Assembly (NCBI GenBank): GCA_963662545.2
Contig: CAXXLL010000002.1
Span: 2,304,001-2,368,000 of the forward strand
Reading direction: 5' to 3'
DNA: 64,000 nt
DNA from: Gammaproteobacteria bacterium
GTDB taxonomy: Bacteria; Pseudomonadota; Gammaproteobacteria; Ga0077536
The stretch's first letter is position 1, and each line of letters opens with the position of its first letter. The notes beneath the pieces are model-generated. The model saw only the letters and a list, made by a program, of their open reading frames with translations, did no database searches and was not told the origin of the DNA. Positions 44,184-54,062 of this stretch are shown here, piece by piece. The position numbers were made by a program, and so were the translations under genes.

Positions 44184-45217
44184 TGGCAGAACGCTTCTTT
44201 GCCAGCGACAACGCCGCCGGCATTCATCCCCGCATCCTCGAAGCCATCGGACAGGCGAATGCCGGGCACGCGGTGGCGTACGGCGACGATCCGTGGACCG
44301 TGAAGGCCATCGCCGCGATGAAAGAAGCCTTTGACGCCGATGCCGAGGTACTTTTCACGTTCAACGGCACGGGTGCCAACGTCATCGGCATCGCGGCGGT
44401 GATGCGGCCGCATCATGCCGTACTCTGCCCCGAATCGGCACATCTGTGGAATGACGAATGCGCGGCTTCCGAACGGTTTTACGGCGGCAAGCTGATCCCC
44501 GTCGCGAGCGAGTTCGGCAAGATCACGCCGGCCGCGCTCGAAGTTCACCTGGGCCCGACGCGCGGCGTTCATCACGCCAAGCCGAAAGTCGTGTCCATCA
44601 CCCAGCCTACGGAATGGGGCACCTTGTACACACTCGACGAAACGAAGGCGCTGGCGGATTTCGCGCACGGCCATGACCTGCTCCTACACGTGGACGGCGC
44701 ACGATTCGCCAATGCGGCGGCCGCACTCGAGGTCTCTCTGGCCGATCTCTCGACCCACGCCGGAGTCGACATCCTGTCGTTTGGTGGCACGAAGAATGGC
44801 CTCATGGGTGGCGAGGCCGCGTTGATACTGAACCGGTCGCTCGCGCCGGAGGCGCATTACACGCGCAAGCAGGCGATGCAGCTGGCTTCGAAAATGCGCT
44901 TTATCTCCGCGCAGTTTCTGGCGTATATGGAAGACGAGCTCTGGCGCCGGCTCGCGAGCCATGCCAATGCGATGGCGACTCGGCTGGCGGATGCCGTGAG
45001 TGATGTGAATGGCGTCGAGTTCGTCTGCCCGGTTCAATGCAACATGCTGTTTCCGCGATTACCGCGCGGCGCACTCGAGTCACTGCAGCAAGAATGCTAT
45101 TTTTACGCATGGGACCCCGAGGAGTCGATCGCGCGCTGGCTGACCTCGTTCGACACCACTGAAGATGATGTCGATGATTTTGCGCGAATGGTCGCAGACC
45201 AAATAAATCAGAATTGA
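44183..45217 (+). CDS. ltaE: Low-specificity L-threonine aldolase
   Basis: Motifs FASDN, AYGDD, HVDGARFANA and SFGGTKNG. Confidence 0.85.
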   Translation: MAERFFASDNAAGIHPRILEAIGQANAGHAVAYGDDPWTVKAIAAMKEAFDADAEVLFTFNGTGANVIGIAAVMRPHHAVLCPESAHLWNDECAASERFYGGKLIPVASEFGKITPAALEVHLGPTRGVHHAKPKVVSITQPTEWGTLYTLDETKALADFAHGHDLLLHVDGARFANAAAALEVSLADLSTHAGVDILSFGGTKNGLMGGEAALILNRSLAPEAHYTRKQAMQLASKMRFISAQFLAYMEDELWRRLASHANAMATRLADAVSDVNGVEFVCPVQCNMLFPRLPRGALESLQQECYFYAWDPEESIARWLTSFDTTEDDVDDFARMVADQINQN

Positions 45218-45251
45218 ACCGGGCCCGGGAGAACTAACCACGAAAGCGGCG

Positions 45252-45758
45252 TCAGGTACTCCCCGTGTCAGTGTAGGGCGCCATTTCGTAGAGCGTTTCC
45301 TTACCCACCTTGTCGCTAAATTCACGGAATACTTCGAGGACCTCAGGGGTTACTACGACATTTTCGGATAGCCGTTTACCACCCGGCGAGCGCGTTGCAT
45401 GGGCGGTCCTTAACGCATGAAACTGCCGTTCAGATTCAGGTAATGTTCCCGCCTCATGATGTTTCTTAACGGTCATGAATTCGTTGATGTAGGACTGGCC
45501 CATCATCATGAAACGAGTCTTATGAATCGGATCGAGACTGTCGGGGTCCGAAAAACCTTTGCCCCAGATTTCGCCGAGTTCGGGGTCATCGATGATATGT
45601 ACATTCAGAGAATTCGAACGGGCGGCTAAAGAGTCCAAGGAATCAGACTCGATCGCCATTCCAATCAGTCTTATCTCTAACGCCAAATAGATCAGCGTAC
45701 CTACGACGGCCCCAGCACCAATGACATCGGCGATCACGCCGAGAGCTTGCCAATTCAT
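45252..45758 (-). CDS. Hypothetical protein with N-terminal TM
   Basis: Leader MNWQALGVIADVIGAGAVVGTLIYLALEIR. Confidence 0.6.
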   Translation of the reverse strand: MNWQALGVIADVIGAGAVVGTLIYLALEIRLIGMAIESDSLDSLAARSNSLNVHIIDDPELGEIWGKGFSDPDSLDPIHKTRFMMMGQSYINEFMTVKKHHEAGTLPESERQFHALRTAHATRSPGGKRLSENVVVTPEVLEVFREFSDKVGKETLYEMAPYTDTGST

Positions 45759-45844
45759 CAGTCATCATTCATCCGATGTGGCTTACAGACAGTCGGCAGC
45801 TTACTTAAAAGCGGCCTCATTAATCGTCCGAAACGTCCGAGCCT

Positions 45845-46759
45845 TCAGCCCCCAAACCTCGGTTCGGGCAACCCCTGGATGCCCAGCCCTTTGATACGAA
45901 ACAGACTGCCGGCGCCGAACTGCGGTCGGATTTCTTTAGTGAAGTGCTCGTGAGTCGCGGGATGGCTGATACGCGCCATTGACGTGACGTAGATTTCGTC
46001 CAGCTTGTCACCGCCGAAATTGACGCTGGTGATGTTTTTCACCGGCATGCCGATGCGCCGCTCTTCACTGCCGTCAGGCGCGTAGCGAATCAGGTCACCG
46101 CCGATCACCAGTGCATTCCACACGCAACCTTCGGCATCGACCGTACTGCCGTCGAAAAACCCCGCTTCGTCCCGCGTACTCGCGAATTCCCGCTTATTCG
46201 ATAGCGTACCCGCACCGATATCGTAGTCGTAGGCCCACATCACCTGCTGGAAGGTGTCGGCGAAATAAAAGCTTCGATCGTCGGGACTCCAGCAGGGGCC
46301 GTTGGAGCAGATGATGCCGTCGTCCAGCTGCGTGACCGTGAGGTCGGGATCGAGGCGCCACAAACCACAGATTTGCGATTCTTCCAGGTCATCCATACCG
46401 CCGGCGAGAAAGCGCCCGCGGCGATCGACCTTGCCGTCATTGAGGCGGCTGCGGGTCTGATTCGGATCGATCTTTTCGATCAATTCGAGAGCACTGCTGT
46501 CGAAATCGAAGAAATAAAACCCGTCGTCGAGCGCGAGTACAGCATGACCATTCTTGCGCAACGCCATCGCGCCGACATCGTGATCGAGCGACCAGTGACG
46601 GGTGGCGCCTGTACGTGGATCGAGGCGCCAAATGGATGGATTACCGACCCGTCGACCGGTGCCATCCACCCAGTACAAAGCACCCTCCTCCACATCCCAA
46701 ACCGGACCTTCGCCAAGATGGTTGGACGCTGCGACCACGCATTCGATCGTGTAATTCAT
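45845..46759 (-). CDS. SMP-30/gluconolactonase family protein
   Basis: Motifs LGEGPVWD, RLNDGKVD, SNGPCWSPD and DGSTVDAEG. Confidence 0.9.
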   Translation of the reverse strand: MNYTIECVVAASNHLGEGPVWDVEEGALYWVDGTGRRVGNPSIWRLDPRTGATRHWSLDHDVGAMALRKNGHAVLALDDGFYFFDFDSSALELIEKIDPNQTRSRLNDGKVDRRGRFLAGGMDDLEESQICGLWRLDPDLTVTQLDDGIICSNGPCWSPDDRSFYFADTFQQVMWAYDYDIGAGTLSNKREFASTRDEAGFFDGSTVDAEGCVWNALVIGGDLIRYAPDGSEERRIGMPVKNITSVNFGGDKLDEIYVTSMARISHPATHEHFTKEIRPQFGAGSLFRIKGLGIQGLPEPRFGG

Positions 46760-46900
46760 CGCCGCCAATCTCCCTTTTTGATCAACAAGGACAGGCCGGC
46801 CATTTAATGGTCTGCAGTACCGTGGATGCAAGCGCGCGCGTCGAAGGCAGTGCTACAATCGTGCGGGTTCGGATAATGTATTTACGCCTCAAGGGGAGCC

Positions 46901-47779
46901 ATGTTTCCGGCCGCAATAGAAGAATACGTACGCCCGCGTTCCGTCGCCGATGCCTTGAACGCGGCCGCCCGCTACGAGGACGGGGAAGCAATTTTTCTCG
47001 CCGGCGGCCAAAGCGTGATGCAGGCCATGAAATCGCGCATGATGCGTCCGCGGTGCGTGATCGACCTCCAGGATGTCGCCGATCTCAAGGGTATCGACCA
47101 CAGCAACGGCGGCCTATCCATCGGTGCTATGACGCGCTACGTGGACGTGGTCGAAGACGAGACCATCGACGGCGCCTTCGCGGCGCTCCGCGATGCCGCG
47201 AGCCGCGTGGGCGACCGCCAGGTGCGCAACCGCGGAACCATTGGCGGCAGCCTATGCTGGAATTACATGGCCGCCTGTACGCCGGCGGTGGTCCTGGCCC
47301 TCGACGGCCAATTGAACCTGATGGCGGCAAATGGTACGACGCGCACGCTCGGCGCCGACGACTTTCTCCTGGGGCCGCTCGAAACCGCGCGCGGCGACGA
47401 CGAGATCCTATTGTCGGTGTCATGGCCGGCGCCCGCACCGCACAGCGGCAGCGCCTACAAGAAATGGGGCCAGGTGACCGACGCATTGCCGGTCATCGGC
47501 ATCTGCGTGCTGGTGACGCTTGACGGCAAAGGCCGCTGCGAGCACGCGCGTATTGCGCTCGCGGGGCTCGCCGACGGGACACAGCGCGCAGCGGCGGGGG
47601 AAGCCGCATTGATCGGCTCGGAAGGCGACCCGGCGTCCGTCGACGCGGCCATGAGTAAGATCGCCGAAGCCGCTGACACGCATTCCGACATGTCGGCCGA
47701 TGCCGAGTACCGCAAGAATCTCATTCGCACACTCGGACGCGAGGTCGGCGCGACCGCGTTCGAGCGCGCCCGCGCTTAA
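46901..47779 (+). CDS. Mo-hydroxylase FAD subunit (CoxM-like)
   Basis: Motifs AGGQS and QVRNRGTIGGS. Confidence 0.9.
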   Translation: MFPAAIEEYVRPRSVADALNAAARYEDGEAIFLAGGQSVMQAMKSRMMRPRCVIDLQDVADLKGIDHSNGGLSIGAMTRYVDVVEDETIDGAFAALRDAASRVGDRQVRNRGTIGGSLCWNYMAACTPAVVLALDGQLNLMAANGTTRTLGADDFLLGPLETARGDDEILLSVSWPAPAPHSGSAYKKWGQVTDALPVIGICVLVTLDGKGRCEHARIALAGLADGTQRAAAGEAALIGSEGDPASVDAAMSKIAEAADTHSDMSADAEYRKNLIRTLGREVGATAFERARA

Positions 47780-47797
47780 GCCCTAGGGGTCGATGAA

Positions 47798-48271
47798 ATG
47801 ATAACGATAAACGTCACCGTCAACGGCACGGCCTACGAGGAGACCGTCAGCGAGCGGCTGGTGCTGGTCGACTTCCTGCGCGATCAGCTCGCGCTGACCG
47901 GCACCCACATCGGCTGCACCTTCGAAGGCGTCTGCGGCGCCTGCACCATTCACCTCGACGGTGCGGCCGTGAAGAGTTGCCTCATGCTCGCGGTGCAGGC
48001 CGACGGTCACGAGATAACCACAATAGAAGGACTGGGCGGCAAGAAGCTTACGCCGCTGCAGCAAGCTTTCACGGAGCATCACGGCCTGCAATGCGGCTTT
48101 TGCACGCCGGGTATTCTGATGAACATGGACGAATTTCTGCACAAGAATCCGAACCCTACAGACGCAGAGATACGCCACGGGCTGGTGGGTAATCTGTGCC
48201 GTTGTACGGGCTATGTCCACATCGTCAGGGCCGTACGCGCAGCGGCCGAGACGATGCGGCAAACGGGTTGA
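47798..48271 (+). CDS. Mo-hydroxylase 2Fe-2S subunit (CoxS-like)
   Basis: Motifs [16 protein letters not shown] and NLCRCTGY. Confidence 0.93.
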   Translation: MITINVTVNGTAYEETVSERLVLVDFLRDQLALTGTHIGCTFEGVCGACTIHLDGAAVKSCLMLAVQADGHEITTIEGLGGKKLTPLQQAFTEHHGLQCGFCTPGILMNMDEFLHKNPNPTDAEIRHGLVGNLCRCTGYVHIVRAVRAAAETMRQTG

Positions 48272-48286
48272 GCGAGGACAGAAATC

Positions 48287-50689
48287 ATGGCCACGAATCC
48301 AATGGATAACGGTGGGGATTGGCTGGGTGCACCGTTGGCCCGCAAGGAAGACTTGCGCCTTATCAAGGGCACCGGGAAATACCTGGGCGACATCGTTTTA
48401 CCAAAGATGCTTCATGCCGTCTTCGTACGCAGCGAATACGCGCACGCACGCATCAAGGGCATCGACACGAACGAGGCGCAAGCCATGCCGGGCGTCGTTG
48501 CGATCTACACGGGAGCGGACATCAAGGACACCATGAAGTCGATGTCCCAGCCCGTACTGCTTCCCAATTTGCCGGCTAAATTTCCGACTTATTGGCCGCT
48601 GGCCATCGACAAGGTGAAGTTTCACGGAGAGCCTGTTGCGTTGGTCGTGGCACGCGACAAATATGTGGCCGTTGACGCCGCCGAATGCGTCTACGTCGAC
48701 TACGAAGAGCTGCCGCCCGTGCTCGATCCGGAAAAAGCGCTGGAGGCGAATTCACCGATCGTGCACGAAGCGGATGGCACGAATGAAATTTTCGCGATGA
48801 CCTTCACCGGCGGAGAAACCGAGGACGAACAGAAAAAAAACGACATCGAGGTCGAAGCGATATTCCAGAATGCCGACGTCGTCGTGAAAGAACGCTTTCG
48901 CGTTCATCGGACCGGCATCACCCCGATGGAACCGCGCGGGGTACTGTGCGACTGGGACGAAACCGACGGACTCACCGCCTACATCACCACCCAGCGCCCC
49001 CACATCGACCGGCTGGCCCTGACCGATATCCTCGACATCCCCGCGGAGAAAGTTCGCGTCATCGCCCCGCGCGATCAGGGTGGCGGATTCGGTGTGAAAG
49101 CGCCCTTTTACCGTGAAAACGTCATCATCGCGCACGCCGCGCGCGAGCTCGGCCGCCCCGTACGATGGATCGAGTCGCGCTACGAAAGCCTCATGAACGT
49201 CGGCCAGGAACGTGATCAGATCAATGATCTCGAGATCGCCGCGAGCAAGGACGGACAGCTGCTGGCGCTCCGCAATCGCGGGATTGCCGATAACGGTATC
49301 GGCTGCACCGGTGTCTACTGGGGTTTCGTCATGCCGTTCCTGGGCGCGATCGAAATGCCGAACGCCTACACCTGGCCGAAAGCCGACATCAAGCTGCGCG
49401 TGGCGACGACCAACAAGGCGTCCTTGACGCCGTCGCGCGCATTTGGCCATTTCCCGACCCGCTTCGCGCTCGAGCGCGCCATCGACATGGTCGCGCATCG
49501 GCTCGGCATGGAGCCATCGGACTTACGGCGCAAGAACATGGTCTCCACACTACCCTACACCTCGGTTACCAACGAGTATTACGACAGCGGGGACTTCATC
49601 AAGGTCTGGGACAACCTGATGGCACAGATAGACTTAAGCGCGTTTCGCCGGGAGCAGACGACGGCCCGGGAACAGGGCCGCTATCTCGGCATTGGTTTTG
49701 GCTGCGGCGTGGAATTGTCCGGCGTCGCCTCCGAACTCATGGTCCCGATGGAGAATCAGCCGGGTTACGGCGCCGCCACGGTCCGGCTCGATCCGCGCGG
49801 CAAGGTACGCGTCTATGGCGGCGACGCGCCGGGCGGTCAGGGGCACGAGACGACGACCGCCCAGGCCGTCGCCTCGATCTTCGGCATCAGTCCGAACGAC
49901 GTCACGGTGACCACGGGCGATACCGGGACCACGCCGTTTGGTTCGGGCACGATCGGCGCGCGGGCGGGTTCCTACTTCGTCAGCGCGGTCGCCAAGGCCT
50001 GCGAAGAATTGAAAGATAAGATCACGCGCATCCTCGCCCACGATCTACAGATCGAGGCATCCGTGCACCACTTCGAATTCAAGGCAGGCGAGATTATTTA
50101 CCTCGGCGATACCAACAAGAGAAAGTCTTTTCGAGACGCGGTGGAACGCATCGTAATGTGGCCCATCAACCTGCCGGAAGGCGAGGTCGGCGGGCTCGAT
50201 ACGACGGCCTTCTTCGAGGCTGACAAGCCGATGATTTGTTTCAACGCGGATTGCTGTATCGTCGAAGTCGACATCGAGTCGGGTGAGTTCGACATCAAGC
50301 GCTGGGTCACCAGCGAAGACGTCGGCAAGATCATCAATCCCCTCATCGTCGACGGGCAAATGCACGGTGCGATCGTGCAGGGCTTGTCGAACGCAATGTT
50401 CGAGCAATTTATCTACGACGATCAAGGCCAGCAGCTGACGGCTGATTTCGAGCATTACAAGATGGCGACGGCGGCAGATGTACCCGACATCGAGGTCACT
50501 TATGCGCCGACGCCCTGCCCTTATACACCCCTTGGAACGCGCGGGATCGGCGAGGGCCGGCCGAGTTCCATTCCCGGCGCCGTAACCAACGCCGTGTGTG
50601 ACGCCCTCGCGCCCTTCGGCGTGGAGATCACGGAACTGCCGCTCAGACCCGACCGCGTCTGGAAGAAGATCCAGGAAAGTCGACAGTAA
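48287..50689 (+). CDS. Xanthine dehydrogenase-family Mo subunit (CoxL-like, not CODH form I)
   Basis: Motifs GGGFG.K, GQGHET and RGIGE; active-site loop PSRAFGH. Confidence 0.9.
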   Translation: MATNPMDNGGDWLGAPLARKEDLRLIKGTGKYLGDIVLPKMLHAVFVRSEYAHARIKGIDTNEAQAMPGVVAIYTGADIKDTMKSMSQPVLLPNLPAKFPTYWPLAIDKVKFHGEPVALVVARDKYVAVDAAECVYVDYEELPPVLDPEKALEANSPIVHEADGTNEIFAMTFTGGETEDEQKKNDIEVEAIFQNADVVVKERFRVHRTGITPMEPRGVLCDWDETDGLTAYITTQRPHIDRLALTDILDIPAEKVRVIAPRDQGGGFGVKAPFYRENVIIAHAARELGRPVRWIESRYESLMNVGQERDQINDLEIAASKDGQLLALRNRGIADNGIGCTGVYWGFVMPFLGAIEMPNAYTWPKADIKLRVATTNKASLTPSRAFGHFPTRFALERAIDMVAHRLGMEPSDLRRKNMVSTLPYTSVTNEYYDSGDFIKVWDNLMAQIDLSAFRREQTTAREQGRYLGIGFGCGVELSGVASELMVPMENQPGYGAATVRLDPRGKVRVYGGDAPGGQGHETTTAQAVASIFGISPNDVTVTTGDTGTTPFGSGTIGARAGSYFVSAVAKACEELKDKITRILAHDLQIEASVHHFEFKAGEIIYLGDTNKRKSFRDAVERIVMWPINLPEGEVGGLDTTAFFEADKPMICFNADCCIVEVDIESGEFDIKRWVTSEDVGKIINPLIVDGQMHGAIVQGLSNAMFEQFIYDDQGQQLTADFEHYKMATAADVPDIEVTYAPTPCPYTPLGTRGIGEGRPSSIPGAVTNAVCDALAPFGVEITELPLRPDRVWKKIQESRQ

Positions 50690-50699
50690 ACACGAAGCC

Positions 50700-51632
50700 A
50701 TGGCGCAATCGCGAAAAGTCATTATTACCTGCGCCGTCACCGGCGCCATTCACACCCCGTCCATGTCACCCGCACTGCCCGTGACACCGCTCGAAATAGC
50801 GACAGCCGCCATCGAGGCGGCACAGGCCGGGGCCGCGATCCTGCACTTACACGCGCGCGATCCGGAAGACGGACGGCCGACCCAGGACCCGCAAGTCTTT
50901 CGCGAATTCCTGCCGATGATCCGCGCGCAAACCAACGCCGTCATCAACCTGACGACGGGCGGCAGCCCCTATATGACGATCGAAGAACGCCTGCGCCCGG
51001 CGGCCGAGATCGCGCCCGAGATCGCGTCGCTCAACATGGGCTCGATGAACTTCGGGCTGTTTCCGATGCTGAAGCGGTTCAAGAACTTCAAGCACGACTG
51101 GGAAGTCGAGCACCTCGAAGCGAGCAGAAACCTGGTGTTCAAGAATACCTATCAGGACATCGAGACCATACTCCGCATCGGCACCGAGCGCGGGATTCGC
51201 TTCGAATTCGAATGCTATGACACCGCGCATTTGTACAACCTCGCGTATTACCTCGACGAAGGCACGGTCAAACCGCCTCTTTTCGTACAAACGGTGTTCG
51301 GCATCATGGGCGGGATCGGCGGCCACCCCGAGGACGTCCTACACATGAAACGCACCGCGGACCGGCTCTTGGGCCGCGACTACGTGTGGTCCGTACTCGG
51401 CGCCGGACGCCACCAGCTCCCGGTCGCGAGCCAGGCGGCGGCGATGGGCGGCAACGTCCGGGTCGGCCTCGAGGATTCGCTCTGGGCCGGCCCCGGCCGG
51501 CTCGCCGAGAGCTCGGCCGAACAGGTGCGGCAAGCGGTCAAGGTGCTGCAAGGTCTGTCGCTCGAAGTAGCGACGCCCGACGACGCACGCGAGATACTTG
51601 AACTCAAAGGCGCCGATACGCTGCAATTGTAG
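50700..51632 (+). CDS. Beta-keto acid cleavage enzyme (BKACE/DUF849)
   Basis: Motifs IITCAVTG, GAAILHLHAR and VRVGLED. Confidence 0.9.
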   Translation: MAQSRKVIITCAVTGAIHTPSMSPALPVTPLEIATAAIEAAQAGAAILHLHARDPEDGRPTQDPQVFREFLPMIRAQTNAVINLTTGGSPYMTIEERLRPAAEIAPEIASLNMGSMNFGLFPMLKRFKNFKHDWEVEHLEASRNLVFKNTYQDIETILRIGTERGIRFEFECYDTAHLYNLAYYLDEGTVKPPLFVQTVFGIMGGIGGHPEDVLHMKRTADRLLGRDYVWSVLGAGRHQLPVASQAAAMGGNVRVGLEDSLWAGPGRLAESSAEQVRQAVKVLQGLSLEVATPDDAREILELKGADTLQL

Positions 51633-51672
51633 AATTCGCCGGCTCCATTCAGCTAACCCGAGGCATTCAATC

Positions 51673-52230
51673 TTGGAACTCAAAGAAGAAATCCGCATAA
51701 ATGCGCCGCGCGACAGGGTGTTCGCCGCCTTGAACGACGTCGAGATCCTGAAGCAGACGATTCCGGGCTGCGAAGAAATGGAGGCCCAGTCGGACACGGA
51801 ATTCACGGCGACTTTGAGTACCAAGCTCGGCCCGCTCAAGGCACGCTTCAAAGGCCAGGTGAGGCTCACTGAGGTCGTGGCGCCCGAATCTTATACCCTG
51901 ACCGGCGAAGGCAGGGGCGGACCGGCCGGCCACGCCAAGATCGTGTCGCGGGTACGCCTCGTCGAGGACGGCGAAGCCACGATCATGCACTACGAAGTCA
52001 AGGCCGACATCGGCGGCAAACTTGCGCAACTCGGCGGTCAACTGGTGGAAAAGACATCGAAGAAGTTGGCCGCCGAATTCTTTCAGAAATTCGAGGAGAT
52101 CCTGAACCCAGACGGACAGCAGGCACAGACGGCCCTTGCCGATGCCGAAACGGGCGGCGGCGACACGAACTGGCTGTGGATTGTGGGCGGCACGCTGGCC
52201 TTGATCGTGATCGCCTGGCTGGTTTTTTGA
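51673..52230 (+). CDS. coxG: CoxG/SRPBCC protein with C-terminal TM
   Basis: Motifs LND...L...IPGCE and GGKLAQLG; TM tail. Confidence 0.8.
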   Translation: MELKEEIRINAPRDRVFAALNDVEILKQTIPGCEEMEAQSDTEFTATLSTKLGPLKARFKGQVRLTEVVAPESYTLTGEGRGGPAGHAKIVSRVRLVEDGEATIMHYEVKADIGGKLAQLGGQLVEKTSKKLAAEFFQKFEEILNPDGQQAQTALADAETGGGDTNWLWIVGGTLALIVIAWLVF

Positions 52231-52308
52231 TCCCGTTCGATCAGCGATACCAGGTGCGTGTGGCGTAGATCCGCCCATGCAAGCGAATGCGCACGGAATC
52301 GAATCGCG

Positions 52309-52782
52309 CTAAAGTCCCACCTGTAGTCCACTCCTCAACAATCCCACGCGTTTGCGGTTGGCGCCCAGGTCCGAATAACCTACTCGTGAAGCGGAGCGCA
52401 CGTGCAGACTTTCGCCGTCGGCCCGTAACTCCAAATCGTCGACAAACCTGAAGATCCGACTGACGAAGGTGGCGTGAAGATAGCTTCCGGAGTCGGATTC
52501 TATGCGCCCGCCCATCTGGCGAACGACCTCGACGACGGCGGCCCACTCCATGCTATTCCCACCCGTTTCGAGGCGTATGGATTCGATCGAATGTTTACTG
52601 TCCTCAGCAGCTTCCGGTTCGCTACAGACGCAATTCGGTGAGGCGGGACAAGCGGCCAGCCGCCCTTCGGTGAGACCCGCGGCACGGAATCGAGGCTGGT
52701 GCGACCACCACCCCAGCGCGGCGTACATTAAGACCAGGACGAATACAGCGGTGGCGATGATCGAAAACATACTGGATCTCAT
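52309..52782 (-). CDS. DUF1499 protein
   Basis: Motifs CPASPNCV, FVDDLE and RSASRVGYSDLGANRKRV. Confidence 0.85.
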   Translation of the reverse strand: MRSSMFSIIATAVFVLVLMYAALGWWSHQPRFRAAGLTEGRLAACPASPNCVCSEPEAAEDSKHSIESIRLETGGNSMEWAAVVEVVRQMGGRIESDSGSYLHATFVSRIFRFVDDLELRADGESLHVRSASRVGYSDLGANRKRVGLLRSGLQVGL

Positions 52783-52804
52783 ACGTTTCCCAAAAAGATA
52801 GTCT

Positions 52805-53299
52805 CTACCAGTTGTCCGTCAGGATCAGCAGGCCCGGGATCCAGCAGGTGAATACCCCGACCCCAATCACAGTGTAAGGCAGGGCCTTGCCGAAGTCCTT
52901 CTGCGGCACGTTCGCAAGATAAAACAGGTACCAGAGAACGCCCCAGATCAGCCAGAAGGTTCCGAATCTCGGATCGTCGTGCTGAAAACGGTCGATCGAA
53001 AACGGAATCGTGGTGAAAGCAACGAAAAAACAGAACCAGCCGAAGCCGTTCATATCGAGATCGAACCAGATACTTACGGCGACGTAGAGGTAGGTGAACG
53101 CGAAGAGAAAAAAGGCCGCCACCACCATGAAATCAGCCGGCTCCACCGCGCGAATGAACTGCAGCAGGCTTGCCACCAGCGCGAGGCCGCCGACCATGAA
53201 GTTCAACACCGCCATTGAGCGCGGCTCGACCCGGCCGAGGCCGCCCATGCCATTGACGAGGAGCACTGCTCCGACGAATAGCAACAGAACGCCAACCAT
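52805..53299 (-). CDS. AmiS/UreI family transporter
   Basis: Motifs LLFVGAVLLVNG, LFAFTYLY and GFGWFCFFVA. Confidence 0.85.
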   Translation of the reverse strand: MVGVLLLFVGAVLLVNGMGGLGRVEPRSMAVLNFMVGGLALVASLLQFIRAVEPADFMVVAAFFLFAFTYLYVAVSIWFDLDMNGFGWFCFFVAFTTIPFSIDRFQHDDPRFGTFWLIWGVLWYLFYLANVPQKDFGKALPYTVIGVGVFTCWIPGLLILTDNW

Positions 53300-53474
53300 G
53301 CGCTGCTCCCCCTTAGATTATCCGTAATACACGATCCGGCCAGGTTGGAACCTGCCCATGCCACGCGATTGTTCTTCTTCGGGGCACGCTAGCACGGATT
53401 CCATCGAGCTGCTAACGCAGGCAAGCGCAACGAAGTTCGCCGGCTAATACCCTGACTCCATTCGGCGCCCACAC

Positions 53475-54011
53475 TCAATCGAAATCCTCGACCGTTACCT
53501 GCCACACACCCGATCCCACCGTTAGGCCCAACCATGATGCGCCGTCGTAAGCCCTTGAGCGGCCGCAGGCGCCGGGGTTGACGATCCACGGCATCGCTTC
53601 GCGGTCGATGATCTGCCGGTGGCTGTGGCCATAGACCACACACTGCGCGCTTGCAAAACGTTCACGGATCTTGCGGTGACGTGTCGCGACCCTGGGCCAC
53701 TGGTGGCCGTGAACGACGACGAGCGATCCACCTTTGAGGGTAATTTCGATGACTTCTTCGAGACCGTCCAGGTCGCAACGTTCCGAAGGGAGCCACCGGT
53801 CCGCGGTGTCGTTGTTGCCCAGGACCGCTACCGTCGGCGCGACCTCGCGCAGCCGCCGCAGCACCGAACTGCTGCCGACATCGCCTGCATGCACGATGAC
53901 ATCAGTAGCGCCGATCGCCTGCAGAACGGCGTCCTGGACCAGTCCATGGCTGTCCGAGACTAAAGCAATGCGACGCGCCTTGGGAAAGCTAAGTTGACGT
54001 TTCTTTATCAT
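53475..54011 (-). CDS. Metallophosphoesterase (YfcE-like)
   Basis: Motifs SDSH, HAGD, GNND, HGH, GHSH and NPG. Confidence 0.88.
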   Translation of the reverse strand: MIKKRQLSFPKARRIALVSDSHGLVQDAVLQAIGATDVIVHAGDVGSSSVLRRLREVAPTVAVLGNNDTADRWLPSERCDLDGLEEVIEITLKGGSLVVVHGHQWPRVATRHRKIRERFASAQCVVYGHSHRQIIDREAMPWIVNPGACGRSRAYDGASWLGLTVGSGVWQVTVEDFD

Positions 54012-54062
54012 CTCAAAAGCGCTTCGCGAACGACGGATGTCGATCCGGCTCTTTTCGCAATG

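Noticed and set aside
46901-50689. Aerobic CO dehydrogenase call
   Set aside because: Lacks the AYxCSFR copper-binding loop, and coxDEF are absent.
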